This document shows positions 39,818-52,700 of a DNA stretch of 64,000 nt, one piece after another; position 1 is the first letter of the stretch; each line of letters starts with the position of its first letter. The notes beneath the pieces were generated by a model. The model saw nothing but the letters and a program-made list of their open reading frames with translations. It did not search any database and was not told the DNA's origin. The stretch comes from Antedon mediterranea (taxonomy: Eukaryota; Animalia; Echinodermata), in assembly GCF_964355755.1 (NCBI RefSeq), contig NC_092676.1, positions 11,966,571 through 12,030,570 on the forward strand. Direction: 5' to 3'. The position numbers and the translations under genes are program-made.

Positions 39818-41040
39818 TTCAATTATTTTTCATTGATTGATAATTCATTTCATATAAATAGACTATTATCAGCTCCTCGGTCATCTACTGGTTTGTGGCG
39901 TAACGGGTAATACTCAGGTCTGAGTGCTCTCATTAGTGGGTTTGAACCTCTAGGGATATTTCTTTTTTCTTTTTTTTTTAATTGAAAATAAAATTTTTTT
40001 TTTAAATGAGATATTTTGAGGGTTGTAAATGTCAGGCCTAAAGAAGTGGACCTTTTTTAAAATCGGAAACAAAGTTGCATGGCATTATTTTTCATTGATT
40101 GATCATTAATTTCATATTATCAGCACTTCAGTCATCTACTGGTTTGTGGCGTTACGGGTAATACCCAGGCTTGAGTGCTCTCAGTAGCAGGTTCCAACCT
40201 CTATGGATATTGTTTTTTTTTCTTATTGAAAATAAATATTTTTTTTGAAAATGAGATATTTTGAGGGTTGTAAATGTCAGGCCTAAACAAATGGATCTTT
40301 TTTAAAATCAGAAACAAAGTTGCATGGCATTATTTTTCATTGATTGATCATTCATTTCATATAAATAGACTATTATCAGCTCTTCAGTCATCTGCTGGTT
40401 TGTGGCGTAACGGGTAATGCTCAGGTTTGAGTGCTCGGAGTAGTGGGTCGAACCTCTAGGGATATTTTTTTTATTTTTTTTTTAAATTGAAAATAAATAT
40501 GGTTTTTAAAAGTGAGATATTTTGAGGGTTGTAAATGTCAGGCCTAAACAAGTGAAAATTTTTTTCAATCAGAAACAAAGTTGCATGGCATTATTTTTCA
40601 TTGATTGATCATTCATTTCATAGAAATAGACTATTATCAGCTCTTCAGTCATCTATTGGTTTGTGGCGTAACGGGTAATGCTCAGGTTTGAGTGCTCTCA
40701 GCAGTGGGTTCGAACCTATACGTGTATTTTTTTCTTTTTTTTTTATTGAAAATAAATATTGTTTTTGAAAGTGAGATATTTTGAGGGTTGCAACTGTCAA
40801 GCCTAAACAAGTGAACCTTTTTTAAAATCAGAAACAAAGTTGCATGGCATTATTTTTCATTGATTGATCATCTATTTCATATAAATAGAGTATTATCAGC
40901 TCTTCAGTCATTTACTGGTTTGCGGCGTAACGGGTAATGCTCAAGTTTGTGTGCTCTCAGCATTGGGTTCGAACCTCTACGGATATTTTTATTTTTTTAT
41001 TATTATTTTGTTTAATTGAAAATAAATATTGATTTTGAAA
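39818..41040 (+). repeat. ~255-bp tRNA-derived satellite, block 1 (~5 units)
   Basis: Monomer ...cagtcatctactggtttgTGGCGTAACGGgtaatgctcaggtttgagtgctctcagtagtgGGTTCGAACCtctagggatatttttttt... Confidence 0.95.
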
Positions 41041-41778
41041 TCAAATACATGTAAAAAGACTGCCATAAAGCCTCCTAAAGAAGACAATGTGCTCCTTCAT
41101 ATTCAGTACTCGTGGGTGAACTTCTTTTCCACCTGGAGTTCTTTTCGAGAGCTGATGGGTTCCCGCCCGGAAAATGTTTTATTTACATGATTTGAACAAT
41201 ATTCTAATGTAAATATTAACAGCATCAAAATTTAACAGTGTGGCGTGTTGACCGCGAATGATTAACATATTATCTTCCCCATAATACACGTGCACAAGCT
41301 CATTTGCATAACAACCACGACGGCATACCAAACTGTAAAAATGGTACTTTACATGATTTGAAATTATATGAAACAAAATATATAAGACTAACAAGGAGAA
41401 AAGAGCTTGTCCCCGGAAAGTGCACCTATTCATTGAAATATGAAATTAAATATTAGGTCTCCAGTAGGCCTACTAGCGCACCATGTTTGGGGCTGAGCTA
41501 ATAATGAAAATAGAGCCCAGAATTGCACTTATACTTATACTTATTACCATACATAATCACCTATGATATTAATGATATTTGTTAAAAATGCAACTATCCC
41601 GATGCTCAAAAGTTTAGGTAGAGTTTTCTACTTCAAAAACTCGACTTCGTATATGCCTAAGGCCTAGCCCGGCGGCGGAATTAGTCTAATTTTCGAAATC
41701 GGTCTGGAAATCGGCATCTTTGCAAATGTTCTATATTTGATCTATTTCATTCTCCATTAACCCCATACAAAAATCATC

Positions 41779-42490
41779 GGAGACAAATTATCTGTTTAAA
41801 AAATGTTTATTCTGGGACGGTGCGGCCATACACACCAACTACCATCCATAAATGTTTATTCATAACATTCAATATCTTGCATTAATCGGACATTTCGCTA
41901 CCAATGTAGCAACATTGATTAACAAAATCAAAATTCAACAGTGTGGCGTGTTGACCGCGAATTACTAACAATACCATCTTTCCCACTACACCTGCAAAAA
42001 CTCATTTGCATAATAACAAACGGCATACCAAACTACGGTGAGACATACATTCTCTTCTAAACACGTAATGAAGATAAATTAATTTCTTTTTGCATTAAAT
42101 TGAGGGTGCTAAACATAAAATTTACGAGATCAAATACATGTAGCGAAAGCCAAAAAAAATTTAAAAATGTGCTCTCCCTGCCTCAGCACTAAGGCCCTGC
42201 CACAGCATTGGGGTCGTTTCCACCACATCATCACCAGATGCATTGCTAGTGCCTTCGCAAGTTTTGTGGTGGAAAGGGAGACGTAAATTCTGTGAACCCC
42301 AAACACAGTTGGTCGCATACCTTTAACTCTATTCCACCGACCAGCGTGGGAATCGAACCCACTACATACGAGTTCTCAACACGACGCTCAGTCGTCTGAG
42401 CTAACTGGCCATTTTGGTTTTAACAAGGTTAATATGATATTTATGACGTAATGATGAATTGCGTAATACACTTATAAATAGACTATTATA
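41779..42490 (-). repeat. ~710-bp repeat with a tRNA-derived head; left arm of an inverted pair with 63074-63784
   Basis: Reverse-complement similarity runs from ggagacaaattatctg (41779) to ataaatagactattata (42490). A more diverged partial copy lies at ~41215-41335. Confidence 0.93.
42338..42410 (-). pseudogene. tRNA-Ile-like pseudogene / SINE head (anticodon position GAG)
   Basis: GGCCAGTTAGCTCAGACGACTGAGCGTCGTGTTGAGAACTCGTATGTAGTGGGTTCGATTCCCACGCTGGTCG: 73 nt with pairing acceptor and D stems and a B box, but the D-loop GG is lost. Confidence 0.75.
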
Positions 42491-43752
42491 AACTGTTCTG
42501 CCGTGTACTACTTTATGGAATAACGGATAATGCTCAGTTTTGAGTGCTCCCAGTAGTGGGTTCGAACCTGTAAGGATATTTTTTTTTTATTTGAAAATAA
42601 ATATTGTTTTTGAAAGTGAGATATTTTGAGGGGTTGTAAATGTCAGGCCTAAACAAGTGGACCTTTTTTAAAATCAGAAACAAAGTTGCATGGCATTATT
42701 TTTCAATGATTGATCATTCATTTTTATATAAATAGACTATCTTCAGTCATCTACTGGTTTGTGGCGTAACGGGTAATGCTCAGGTTTGAGTGCTCTCCGT
42801 AGTGGGTTCGAACCTCTACGGGAATTTATTTTTTTTTTTTTATTATTATTGGAAATAAATATTGTTTTTCAAAGTGAGATATTTTTATGGTTGTAAATGT
42901 CAAGCCTAAACAAGTGGACCTTTTTTAAAATCAGAAACAAAGTTTCATGGCATTATTTTTCATTGATTGATCATTAATTTCATATTATCAGCTCTTCAGT
43001 CACCTACTGGTTTGTGGCGTAACGGGTAATACCCAGGTTTGAGTGCTCTTAGTAGCGGGTTCCAACTTCTAGGGATATTGCTTTTTTTTTTTTTATTTGA
43101 AAATAAATATTGTTTTTGAAAGTGAGATATTGTTATAGTTGTAAATGTCAGGCCAAACAAGTTGACATTTTTTAAAATCAGAAACAAAGTTGCATAACAT
43201 TATTTTTCATTGATTGATCATTCATTTCATATTATCAGCTCTTCAGTCACCTACTGGTTTGTGGCGTAACGGGTAATACCCAGGTTTGAGTGCTCTCAGT
43301 AGCGGCTTCGAAACTCTAGGGATATTTCTTTTTTCTTTTTTTTTTAATTGAAAATAAATATTTTTATTGAAAGTGAGATATTTTGAGGGTTCTAAATGTC
43401 AGGCCTAAACAAGTGGACCTTTTTTAAAATCAGAAACAAAGTTGCATGGCATTATTTTTCATTGATTGATCATCTATTTCATATAAATAGACCATTATCA
43501 GCTCTTTGGTCATCTGCTGGTTTGCGGCGTAACGGGTAATGCTCAGGCTTGAGTGATTTCAATAGTGGGTTCGAACTTCTAGGGATATTTTTTTTCTTTT
43601 TTTTTATTTGAAAATAAATATTGTTTTTGAAAGTGAGATATTGTTATAGTTGTAAATATCAGGCCTAAACAAGTGGACCTTTTTTAAAATCAGAAACAAA
43701 GTTGCATAACATTATTTTTCATTGATTAATCATTTATTTCATATAAATAGAC
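42476..43752 (+). repeat. ~255-bp tRNA-derived satellite, block 2 (~5 units; first unit diverged)
   Basis: Same monomer; cut at ataaatagac| by the Ngaro insertion. Confidence 0.95.
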
Positions 43753-44276
43753 TTTTGACACATGTGAGCCCGATAAACAAATACAAGGAAACAAGTATTG
43801 GTTGTAAAGTTATTTAATATGAATGGCAAGTCATCGTTGCAGCATGCACGTAAAAGGAAAACATAAAAAAGGAACATTGGGATGCTCCGAAAGGGCCAAA
43901 ACACATGTCTCAAAATCGTAATTGAAAACAAAATAGAGAGGGAGTGGAGGGAGGGAAGTGAAAATTTTTTTACTTAGCCAAAAACTGGCGTGGTAATCTG
44001 TTGACAGCGTGAGGTGAAGATGATTGCGAGGGCGCGCCGCAATCACGTGATTTTGACACATGTGAGCCCGATAAACAAATACAAGGAAACAAGTATTGGT
44101 TGTAAAGTTATTTAATATGAATGGCAAGTCATCGTTGCAGCATGCACGTAAAAGGAAAACATAAAAAAGGAACATTGGGATGCTCTGAAAGGGCCAACAC
44201 AGTTGGCAACGAAGGGGCCAACGAAGCAGCCCAAATTAAGTGCAGGTAGAACCGATGACAAGCCATTCAGATGATG

Positions 44277-44723
44277 GTGCAACATATGTTGACACCCAGA
44301 ACGTATAGAAACTATCTACATAGTCTACCTTGAGCAACATGTGTTGACTTCAGTACCCGGTTGACCATTAGCGCCTGATAGGTGGAGCAACGAAATATTG
44401 ACATCGAAAAACATATAGAAACACCTACATTAGTCTACCTGGAGCAACATGTGTTGACTCCAGTACATGTTTAAACATTTTAATTAGGTAGGCAGTGCAA
44501 CCAAATGTTGGCACCGAAAAACGTATAAAAAAAATCTACATTAGTCTGCCTGGGGCAACATGTGTTGACTCCAGTACGCGTTTGAGAATTGAGTTTAATA
44601 AACGGTGCAACCATCTTGACACCGAAAACATATAAATAACTTATTAGTCTACCTGGAGCAACGTGTTGACTCCGATTGAACATATGATTATAATTGGCGG
44701 TGCAACCTATGCTGTCACCGAAA
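44277..44723. repeat. ~110-bp tandem double-hairpin repeat (4+ units) in the Ngaro 3' region
   Basis: Units start at 44277, 44385, 44495, 44605 and 44700, with conserved tagtctacctggagcaacatgtgttgactccagtac. Confidence 0.85.
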
Positions 44724-44778
44724 GAAAACAAAAATGAAATAAGTAAAACGATATACAGAAAAAATAAGTATCGCACTT

Positions 44779-45467
44779 TGTGCTGATCTCACGAGCTTGA
44801 ACCGTCAAACTCGCTATTCAGTAGATAAACCCAATCCACGACAAAAAATACTGCAACACAATCACTTGTTGACTGACTCTTTAATACAGCAAATTCAGCC
44901 ATAAACAGGGTGAACTGAAATTAAGCATACTTAAATCCAGCTCCAAATAGTAATAATATACATAACATAAATATAAAACTATCTGCAAAACAGATCAAAC
45001 GTAGCGCCCTCTTACGGAGGTGTACATGCCTAAAGAACATATTAAACAAAGTCATCAAATAATCAACAGCGCCCTCATACGGACGTACTACTTCTATAGA
45101 TATGGCATACAAAATAGAACACCGCCCTCTACACGGAGACTCGTGTTTATCGCCATGCTGTTCGAGCGATCGTATACGATTCAATCTACGCAGGCCTAGG
45201 CCTACGACCACAATGTAGTATAGCATTAATAATCTAGGCCACTACTGTGGTTCATATAATTCTAATTATTGTAATATAATACTCTAACAACTTACAAGCA
45301 ATGTGCGGCCTACTAGTTTAGTAAATTACACACTATCTCGGCTCAATAAGACATTTAGAAGCCGAACTCTAGAACACATGTAGTCAATGCGAAACTTATA
45401 ACATGGATCGTATTTACATACGCCCTCTCTCGGAAAGGAACGATGCAGCTAAAATAGGAGCAACACA
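44779..45467 (-). repeat. BEL 3' LTR
   Basis: Direct repeat of 51291-51979; four substitutions noticed by eye. Confidence 0.97.
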
Positions 45468-45577
45468 CTCCCCGTCTGGTATCTAAAGGATACCATTCAT
45501 ATCAAAAAGGTAAAACATAAACAAAGTAACAAAGGAATATGACATAATATTCATTATAATAATGTTCAATGTAACTC

Positions 45578-48500
45578 TTAAGGAGTCGGCATTATCAGTA
45601 CCAATTCACTAATCGGTCTTGCAAAGGTTTTCAGTTCTCCACCTCTATAAACATTCACTTCAACTCTCCTAACTCGTCCGTCTGATCCTTCAATTGCTTT
45701 AACGATTCGTCCCATAGGCCAATCATTTCTGACGGTGTCTTTCTCCTTTAGAAGAACAATATCTCCTTCCTTTATATTCCTCTTTTCCTGTTGCCACTTG
45801 CTTCTGTTCTGAAGTGTAGGGATATAGTCTCTTTTCCATTTTGACCAAAATTTGTTAGCCAAGTGCTGTACCGTTCGCCACTGCTTACCATACAAATCAG
45901 CATTACAAAACGCTCCAGGAGGTGCTGCGAATGGTTGAGACTTTTGAGTAAGTAGAGTGTTTGGTGATATTATTTGTGGTGATTCAGGATCAGTAGAGAC
46001 TTCTACTAAGGGTCGTGCATTAATAATTCCTGATACTTCTGCCATTAGTGTTACCAGGACTTCGTGGGTTAACTTGGTTTCTCCAAGATCTCTAAACATA
46101 CCATCTATAATCTTCCTTGCTACTCCAATCATACGTTCCCAACTTCCTCCCATATGGGATGCATGAGGCGGGTTGAACACCCACTCACATTCACGGGTCA
46201 ATAGATAGCGTTTAATTTTATCTTGTCCTTCTTTCTGAATACTTTCACCCAAGATATTGCACGCACCAACAAAATTCGTCCCACAATCTGACCGTAGTTG
46301 TTTCGCAGGACCTCTTATCGCAAAGAATCTTCTAAGGGCGTTCAAGCAGCTTGAGGTATCCATACACTCTATCACCTCTATATGGACAGCCCGACTACAC
46401 ATGCAAGTAAACAAAATGGCCCATCGTTTTCCGTTTGCTTGTCCACCCCTTGTGCGCCGTGTTCGTACCATCCAAGGACCGAATACGTCAAGCCCTACAT
46501 ATGTGAATGGGGGAGCTGATGTTAAGCGTTCCTTAGGTAAATCAGCCATTTTCTGTGTCTCTTGCTTTCCTCTCTGCTTCTTGCAAACTACACACTTTCC
46601 AAGCTCCTTTGAGATTGACCTCTTGCCACCTATTATCCAGAAGCCTTCACTACGTATTCTGCCATGTGTTAGGTGTCTGCCTTGGTGTTGAACTTGTTGG
46701 TGGTAGTGGCGGATGATTAATGTTGTGACATGGTGATGTTTGGGAAGAATCATAGGATGCGCTCCTTCTTCGGCTAGTCCCATTTCTAAACGTCCTCCAA
46801 CTCGCATGACTCCCTCCAAATAAGGTGTAAGCTTTACTAGCGTACTTGTCTTGGGAAGATGTTTTCCATTCTTCATGTGATTGATTTCAGCTGTGAATTC
46901 ATCAAGTTGAGCACATTTCACTACAATCTGTTTTGCCTTAATCAATACAGGTGGTGGAATCATGCATACATGCCACCCACTACAGTCTTTTTTCTTGGTT
47001 TCTGTGAATGTACAAGCAATATGCACAAGACTTCCAATTGCTCGCACAAGATTTCCCCAATTCGAAAATCTGCTAAATCGCTTGGATCCCAGTGATTTGG
47101 CTGACTGAACTTCTGTAGCACTGGTAGTTACGACAGGTCTTACTTCGGGATCCTCTTCAATTTCACTGATGTCACAGACCGTTGTGTTTCTCTCACACGA
47201 GTTCTTATTAAGTAGGAATCTTGGTCCTTGAATCCATGCTGAGTTCTGTAAGTCTTTAGCCTTGATGGATCTTGTAGCTTGATCGGCTGGGTTTATGTCT
47301 GTTTTAACATATTTCCATTGTTCTGGTTTGGTCGACTGAAGAATCTGATCCACTCTGTTTGCCACGTACATGTAGAACCTACGGGTTTTATTTGTGATAT
47401 AACCGAGAACGACCTTGCTATCGGTGTAAAAATGTGTGGCATCCAAGTTAAAATCCAATTCAGTCTTAACACATTTTGCGACTCCTGCGGCAAGTACTGC
47501 TCCGCACAACTCTAACCGTGGTATTGATGTCGCAGCTTTAGGTGCTAGCTTTGCCTTTCCAACAACAAAACTTAAGTGAACTTCTCCCACTTTATCAGTA
47601 ATTCTGAGGTAAGACACAGCGCCAATGGCTGTGTTAGAAGCATCGGAGAATGTGTGGAGTTCTCTCTGGATGGACTGGTTTGATGGAAATGATGTATAAG
47701 GACGAGGAATCAGAACATCTGACAGTTGAACTATGGAGCTTCGCCACTTCTGCCATGAATCATGTAGCTGTTTCGGTAATGGCTCATCCCAATCTATGTA
47801 TTGATCCTTTGTCATTTCCCTTAACAGCCTTCTTCCCTCTATAATGACGGGTGACGCAAAGCCGATTGGGTCATATATGCTGTTGATTTCTGACAGCACT
47901 CCTCGCTTAGTGAATGCCTTGCTGCTAACCTCCGTAATAGAGAAAGTAAAGGCATCTCACTTGACATCCCACAGTACCCCTAATGACCTTTGCGTAAGAG
48001 GAGCGTCAGATCCGAGATCGAGGTTGCACATGTTACTTGCTACATCTTGAGGTGAGAAAGCCGCTATCACTTTTGCATCGTTTGAGACAATTTTATGTAA
48101 TCGTAAATTAGCTGTGGCTAACATGGCTTGTGTGCGCTTGAGCAGGTCGATCGCCTCATCTGAAGTAGCTAAAGACTTCAGCCCATCATCGACATAAAAA
48201 TTCTTCTCCACGAACTCTCTTGCATCTGCGCCAAACTCGCTCTCTCCTTCTTGTGCAGTCTTTCTCAGTCCTAGCGTAGCAACAGCTGGAGAAGGTTTGT
48301 TTCCGAAGATGTGAACTTTCATCCGATACGTTCTCAATACTTTGCTGGGGTCGTTGTCTTCGAACCACAGGAACCGAAGAAAATCTCTGTGTTCTTCCAC
48401 GACTTGAAATGAGTAGAACATTTGCTCAATGTCTGCTACAAACGCCACAGGATCCTGCCTGAACCGTATCAATACACCAAGCAACCCATTTACCAGATCT

Positions 48501-51280
48501 GGTCCACTCATTAACACGTTGTTAAGTGATGTATCTTGGAATTGCGCACTGGAATCAAAAACCACCCGGATCTTCCCTGGCTTTTGTGGATGGTACACAC
48601 CAAAGTGTGGTAAATACCAGCACTCTTCATCATGACTGTCATCTTCGACGAGCTCAGCATGTTGCTTTGAGAATACTTTCTCCAAGAACGCTAAGTAGTG
48701 AGCTTTCATCTCTGGCTTCTTATCCAGTGTGCGAATAAGAGACTGCATACGATTCATTGCTTGCTGCTTGTTGTTGGGTAACCTTTTTCTTTCTTCTCGA
48801 AAAGGAAGTGGGGCTATCCAATTTCCTTGTTCACCTCGTTTCATCTCTTTTCCCATAAGTTGCACAAACTCCACATCTTCTCTGGACATTCCATACTGCT
48901 CGTCATCTTCTTTCTGTTGGAATACATTACCACCGAGTACGTCACAGCTGCGTTGCAGGGTTATTTCCTTCGCACTGATCATTCCTTTACAAGTTGTAAA
49001 CATGGCGGATGGCCTACCATTTCTCAAAACCTTTATATGGTTTCTGTTGGCGGTGACAACATTCTTTTGGTGGGCTCCACCTAAGCAGACGTCGCCAATA
49101 ACCATCCAGCCTAGATCAAGTCGTTGGCCCCATGGAGAGTGATTTGGTCCATTGCGTACTTCTCGGACTTTATGAGCTTGAGCAGCATCTCGGCCGAGCA
49201 GTATGGTAATATTTGCATTCTCATCCAAGGGTGGTATCTTGTCCGCAATATCCTTCAAGTGAGGAAAATTGCTGGCTGTCTCTGGAGTGGGAATTTCTGC
49301 CTTGTTCCCAGGTATGTCATTACATTCAAGTAGCGATGGGGCTGCTATTCTTGTTTTACCATCCATGGACTCAATTATCAGCTTCTCCAGTTTTCGGCCT
49401 TGAACTTCAGCCGCTCCCGAACAAGTCTTCAAAGTATACGACGTAAGTCTTGCATTGATATTAAAAAGGTCGAATACCTCACTCTTGGCCAACGAGCGAT
49501 TGCTTTGGTCGTCTAGTATAATGTAGGTTTTTATGAAAGTGTTAGGATGGTCTTCTAAATGAATTTTTGCTAAACAAATTTTAGCACACGATCGGCTCAG
49601 CCCAATTCCACCGCAGACATCCGTACATGTAGTACTTACTACTTTGTCTCTTTCCTTCGTCTTCTGCGACTCTGTCCCCTGCTCCCCGCCATTTGCCTTC
49701 TCACCTTTCGCCTTTTGCTCCATTTTTACTTGCTCCCCGCCATTTGCCTTTTGCTCCGCTTTTACTTGTTCTCCGCCATTCGCCTTCTGCAAACGGTCAC
49801 CATGGAATACAGTCGGATGACGATCACTACCGCATTCTCCACACCTGACATTTCTATCACAATTCCTAGCCATGTGTGATGTAGACGAGAGACATCGGAA
49901 ACATACTTGGTTTTCCTTAAGGAATGACTTCTTAGCAGCATAAGTCTTGGCCAGAAAGTTTCTACAGTCTACCAACGGATGCTGACCATTGTGTAGCGGA
50001 CACATCCCTTCAGATTTATTCACCTCAGTCATTCTCACATTTACAGTTGAACGTTGCGTGGTCTTAGGACGGTAACCTGTCTGTGTACGGTAGTTTCCCG
50101 GTGTATCAGTTTTGACCTCATCAACAGTTCCTCTTGGGACATCAGGATCACGTTGGATGTGAGCCATCTCACTTAGAAACTCTGTGAAAATGCTGAAATT
50201 CGGGAACGTTTTCATTTTCCTTTTATGTTTTGCGACCTTTTCTCTCCATTTATTAATTATGAAGTGTGGTAACTTCTCTACAATTGGTTTAATACCATGA
50301 GGAGTGTTTAACGTAATCAGATGGGGTAGCTCCTGCATTTGAGCAACTGCATCTCCACACAAATCAGCCAGTTCTTGGAGTGCGGTCAAATCACCTGCTT
50401 TGAATCTTCTGTATTTGGTAAGTCTCAGGATAATTTCAGCTGATATTAAGGTTTGGTTCCCGAACCTGTCTTCTAGCTCAGTCCAGGCCTCATGATATGC
50501 CTTGTCAACATCTTCAACATGCCTTAGTCGGAATCGATCAACCAAAACTTTTGCTTCGCCAGTAGTATATTTACACAGGAATGATAGCTTTTCAACAGTG
50601 TCCACACAGGCTGTTTTCACCATAGCTTCAAAGGATCTTTTCCACGGAAGAAACATTATTGGATCCCCAGAATAAATATCCGGTTCTTGCAAGGGTAATC
50701 GCTGACGTGCCAATATTCGAATGTACTCCTGCATATGATTTGGTTCGTAAGATCTAGCTCCAGGATTAAGAGTAGACATTGGTACCTCTACAGCATTGTT
50801 TAGATAATTTTCTACCCGCTGACTGGGTTCCATCTTTGGAAGTTCGTTAAGCACCTCTGCCATTCTTTGACTGGGTACTGCATCTTGGGGTGCGCCTTGC
50901 ACCTCTTCCATCTGATTATTGCTTTCTAACTGTGAAAGCTCTTCCTCAATATCTTCAAAAGATATATGTTGCAATTCTGCTTGAAGGACATTGGCTCTAG
51001 CCTGTGCTGCAGCCATTTCTTCTTCTTTCTCTACTTCGTCTATGTCTAACATAGCTTTAGCTGCTTCCATTTCAGCCTTCAACGCCTCTAACTTGGCGGC
51101 ACTCTTCTTCTTTGCAAATGTAACACGAGCTTTCGCTACAGCAGCATCAGCACGAGCTTGTGCAGCAGATACTTCTAATGATGACACTGACTGCGATGAT
51201 GCCTTCGATCTATGGCTCCTTGACCCTATTGACCTTGCTTCATCTCTCGCACCATCACGTCTTCTACTAGAAGTCGACAT
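45578..51280 (-). CDS. pol: BEL/Pao gag-pol polyprotein (~1900 codons, one frame) split by a single TGA at 47957-47959
   Basis: Three Cys-His boxes (CPLH..H...C, CFRC....H...C, C..C...H....H); protease ILDDQS; RT ADIEQMF/FYVDD; RNase H FSDAS/IPRLEL/TDS/NPAD; integrase GLDVFGP/SDCGTNF/GGSWERMIG. The two tracked ORFs are in the same frame: LGVLWDVK*DAFTF...TKRGVLSEINSIYDPIG. Confidence 0.97.
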
Positions 51281-51290
51281 TGCTTTTCAC

Positions 51291-51979
51291 TGTGCTGACC
51301 TCACGAGCTTGAACCGTCAAACTCGCTATTCAGTAGATAAACCCAATCCACGACAAAAAATACTGCAACACAATCACTTGTTGACTGACTCTTTAATACA
51401 GCAAATTCAGCCATAAACAGGGTGAACTGAAATTAAGCATACTTAAATCCAGCTCCAAATAGTAATAATATACATAACATAAATATAAAACTATCTGCAA
51501 AACAGATCAAACGTAGCGCCCTCTTACGGAGGTGTACATGCCTAAAGAACATATTAAACAAAGTCATCAAATAATCAACAGCGCCCTCATACGGACGTAC
51601 TACTTCTATAGATACGGCATACAAAATAGAACACCGCCCTCTACACGGAGACTCGTGTTTATCGCCATGCTGTTCGAGCGATCGTATACGATTCAATCTA
51701 CGCAGGCCTAGGCCTACGACCACAATGTAGTATAGCATTAATAATCTAGGCCACTACTGTGGTTCATATAATTCTAATTATTGTAATATAATACTCTAAC
51801 AACTTACAAGCAATGTGCGGCCTACTAGTTTAGTAAATTACACACTATCTCGGCACAATAAGACATTTAGAAGCCGAACTCTAGAACACATGTAGTCAAT
51901 GCGAAACTTATAACATGGATCCTATTTACATACGCCCTCTCTCGGAAAGGAACGATGCAGCTAAAATAGGAGCAACACA
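51291..51979 (-). repeat. BEL 5' LTR
   Basis: Direct repeat of 44779-45467; the gag ATG lies 10 nt downstream. Confidence 0.97.
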
Positions 51980-52039
51980 CACTTTGTTTAAGCTTGACGC
52001 TTAATACCCAGTCATGCTTAGGAAATATGCCAACCAGTC

Positions 52040-52700
52040 AGCACCCATATTTACAACGCGGTATTTGACAAAGTTATGTGGTTCGACCATCGTCCAAAAG
52101 TCATAATGTCTTGGTGAGAGTGTCCAAGTTGGTGAAGGTCGGTAGCTCGACCGATTCTGAAAGAATGAGTGTTAAACTGTGTATGTTCCAGACTAGCATG
52201 GCGAGCTAATTGTTTATAGCATTAGTGTGTGTTCTGCAGCCTTGAAGACTACTGCTTCACTGGCTCTGAGGCATGCGAAGTAACATATTATGAACAAGGC
52301 TCTGTATAGGATGAATTCGTATTTGGATTTCATGCTACCTCGCATTATGTCCAATTAGCGTTACAAGAATGTCGGAAGTGACCGGCGGTCTGATCGGTTT
52401 GGATGGAGAGTTCGTTTTTTGTTTCGCTACTCCTCTGCATAAATTGCTGACTGCTGGATTTGCGGTAGGGTCTTCCATAAATGATACCCTGTGCACGAAT
52501 GACACTGCGCTAAGGTAGTTTCGAATCGTGGAAATCGCCAGTGCATTTTTAGTCAGCTTACTTACATAGAGAACAATTGTTTGTGGAGTCGCTGGTAGCG
52601 GAAGGCTTAGTGATTTTCTGAATTGGTTAAAATGGTGCCATTTGCTTTTATAGTTACTAGCGGTTCCTTTGCTTAATGAGTTAATTCCACATTAGCTCTC
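52040..52700 (-). pseudogene. Ngaro tyrosine recombinase remnant with internal deletion and frameshifts
   Basis: SLSKGTASNYKSKWHHF...STIRNYLSAVSFVH...LFIICYFACLRASE (box I Arg) and FNTHSFRIGRAT...FGRWS (box II). Confidence 0.88.

Larger units (their letters stand above)
44779..51979 (-). mobile_element. Full-length BEL/Pao LTR retrotransposon, 7201 bp
   Basis: Two 689-bp TG...CA LTRs, CACTT TSD (44774-78 and 51980-84), purine tract GGGGAG adjacent to the 3' LTR, and gag-PR-RT-RH-IN domain order. Confidence 0.98.

Noticed and set aside
44277-44723. True CRISPR array
   Set aside because: The repeats are ~80 bp and degenerate, and the linkers retain mutual similarity. Kept only as a structured-repeat finding.
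44921-45226. Duplicated 101-aa ORF (also 51433-51738)
   Set aside because: It lies wholly within the BEL LTRs; the duplication is explained by LTR identity, and there is no recognisable domain.
45957-51416. Plus-strand ORFs overlapping BEL pol
   Set aside because: Antisense shadows of the long coding frame, without recognisable motifs.
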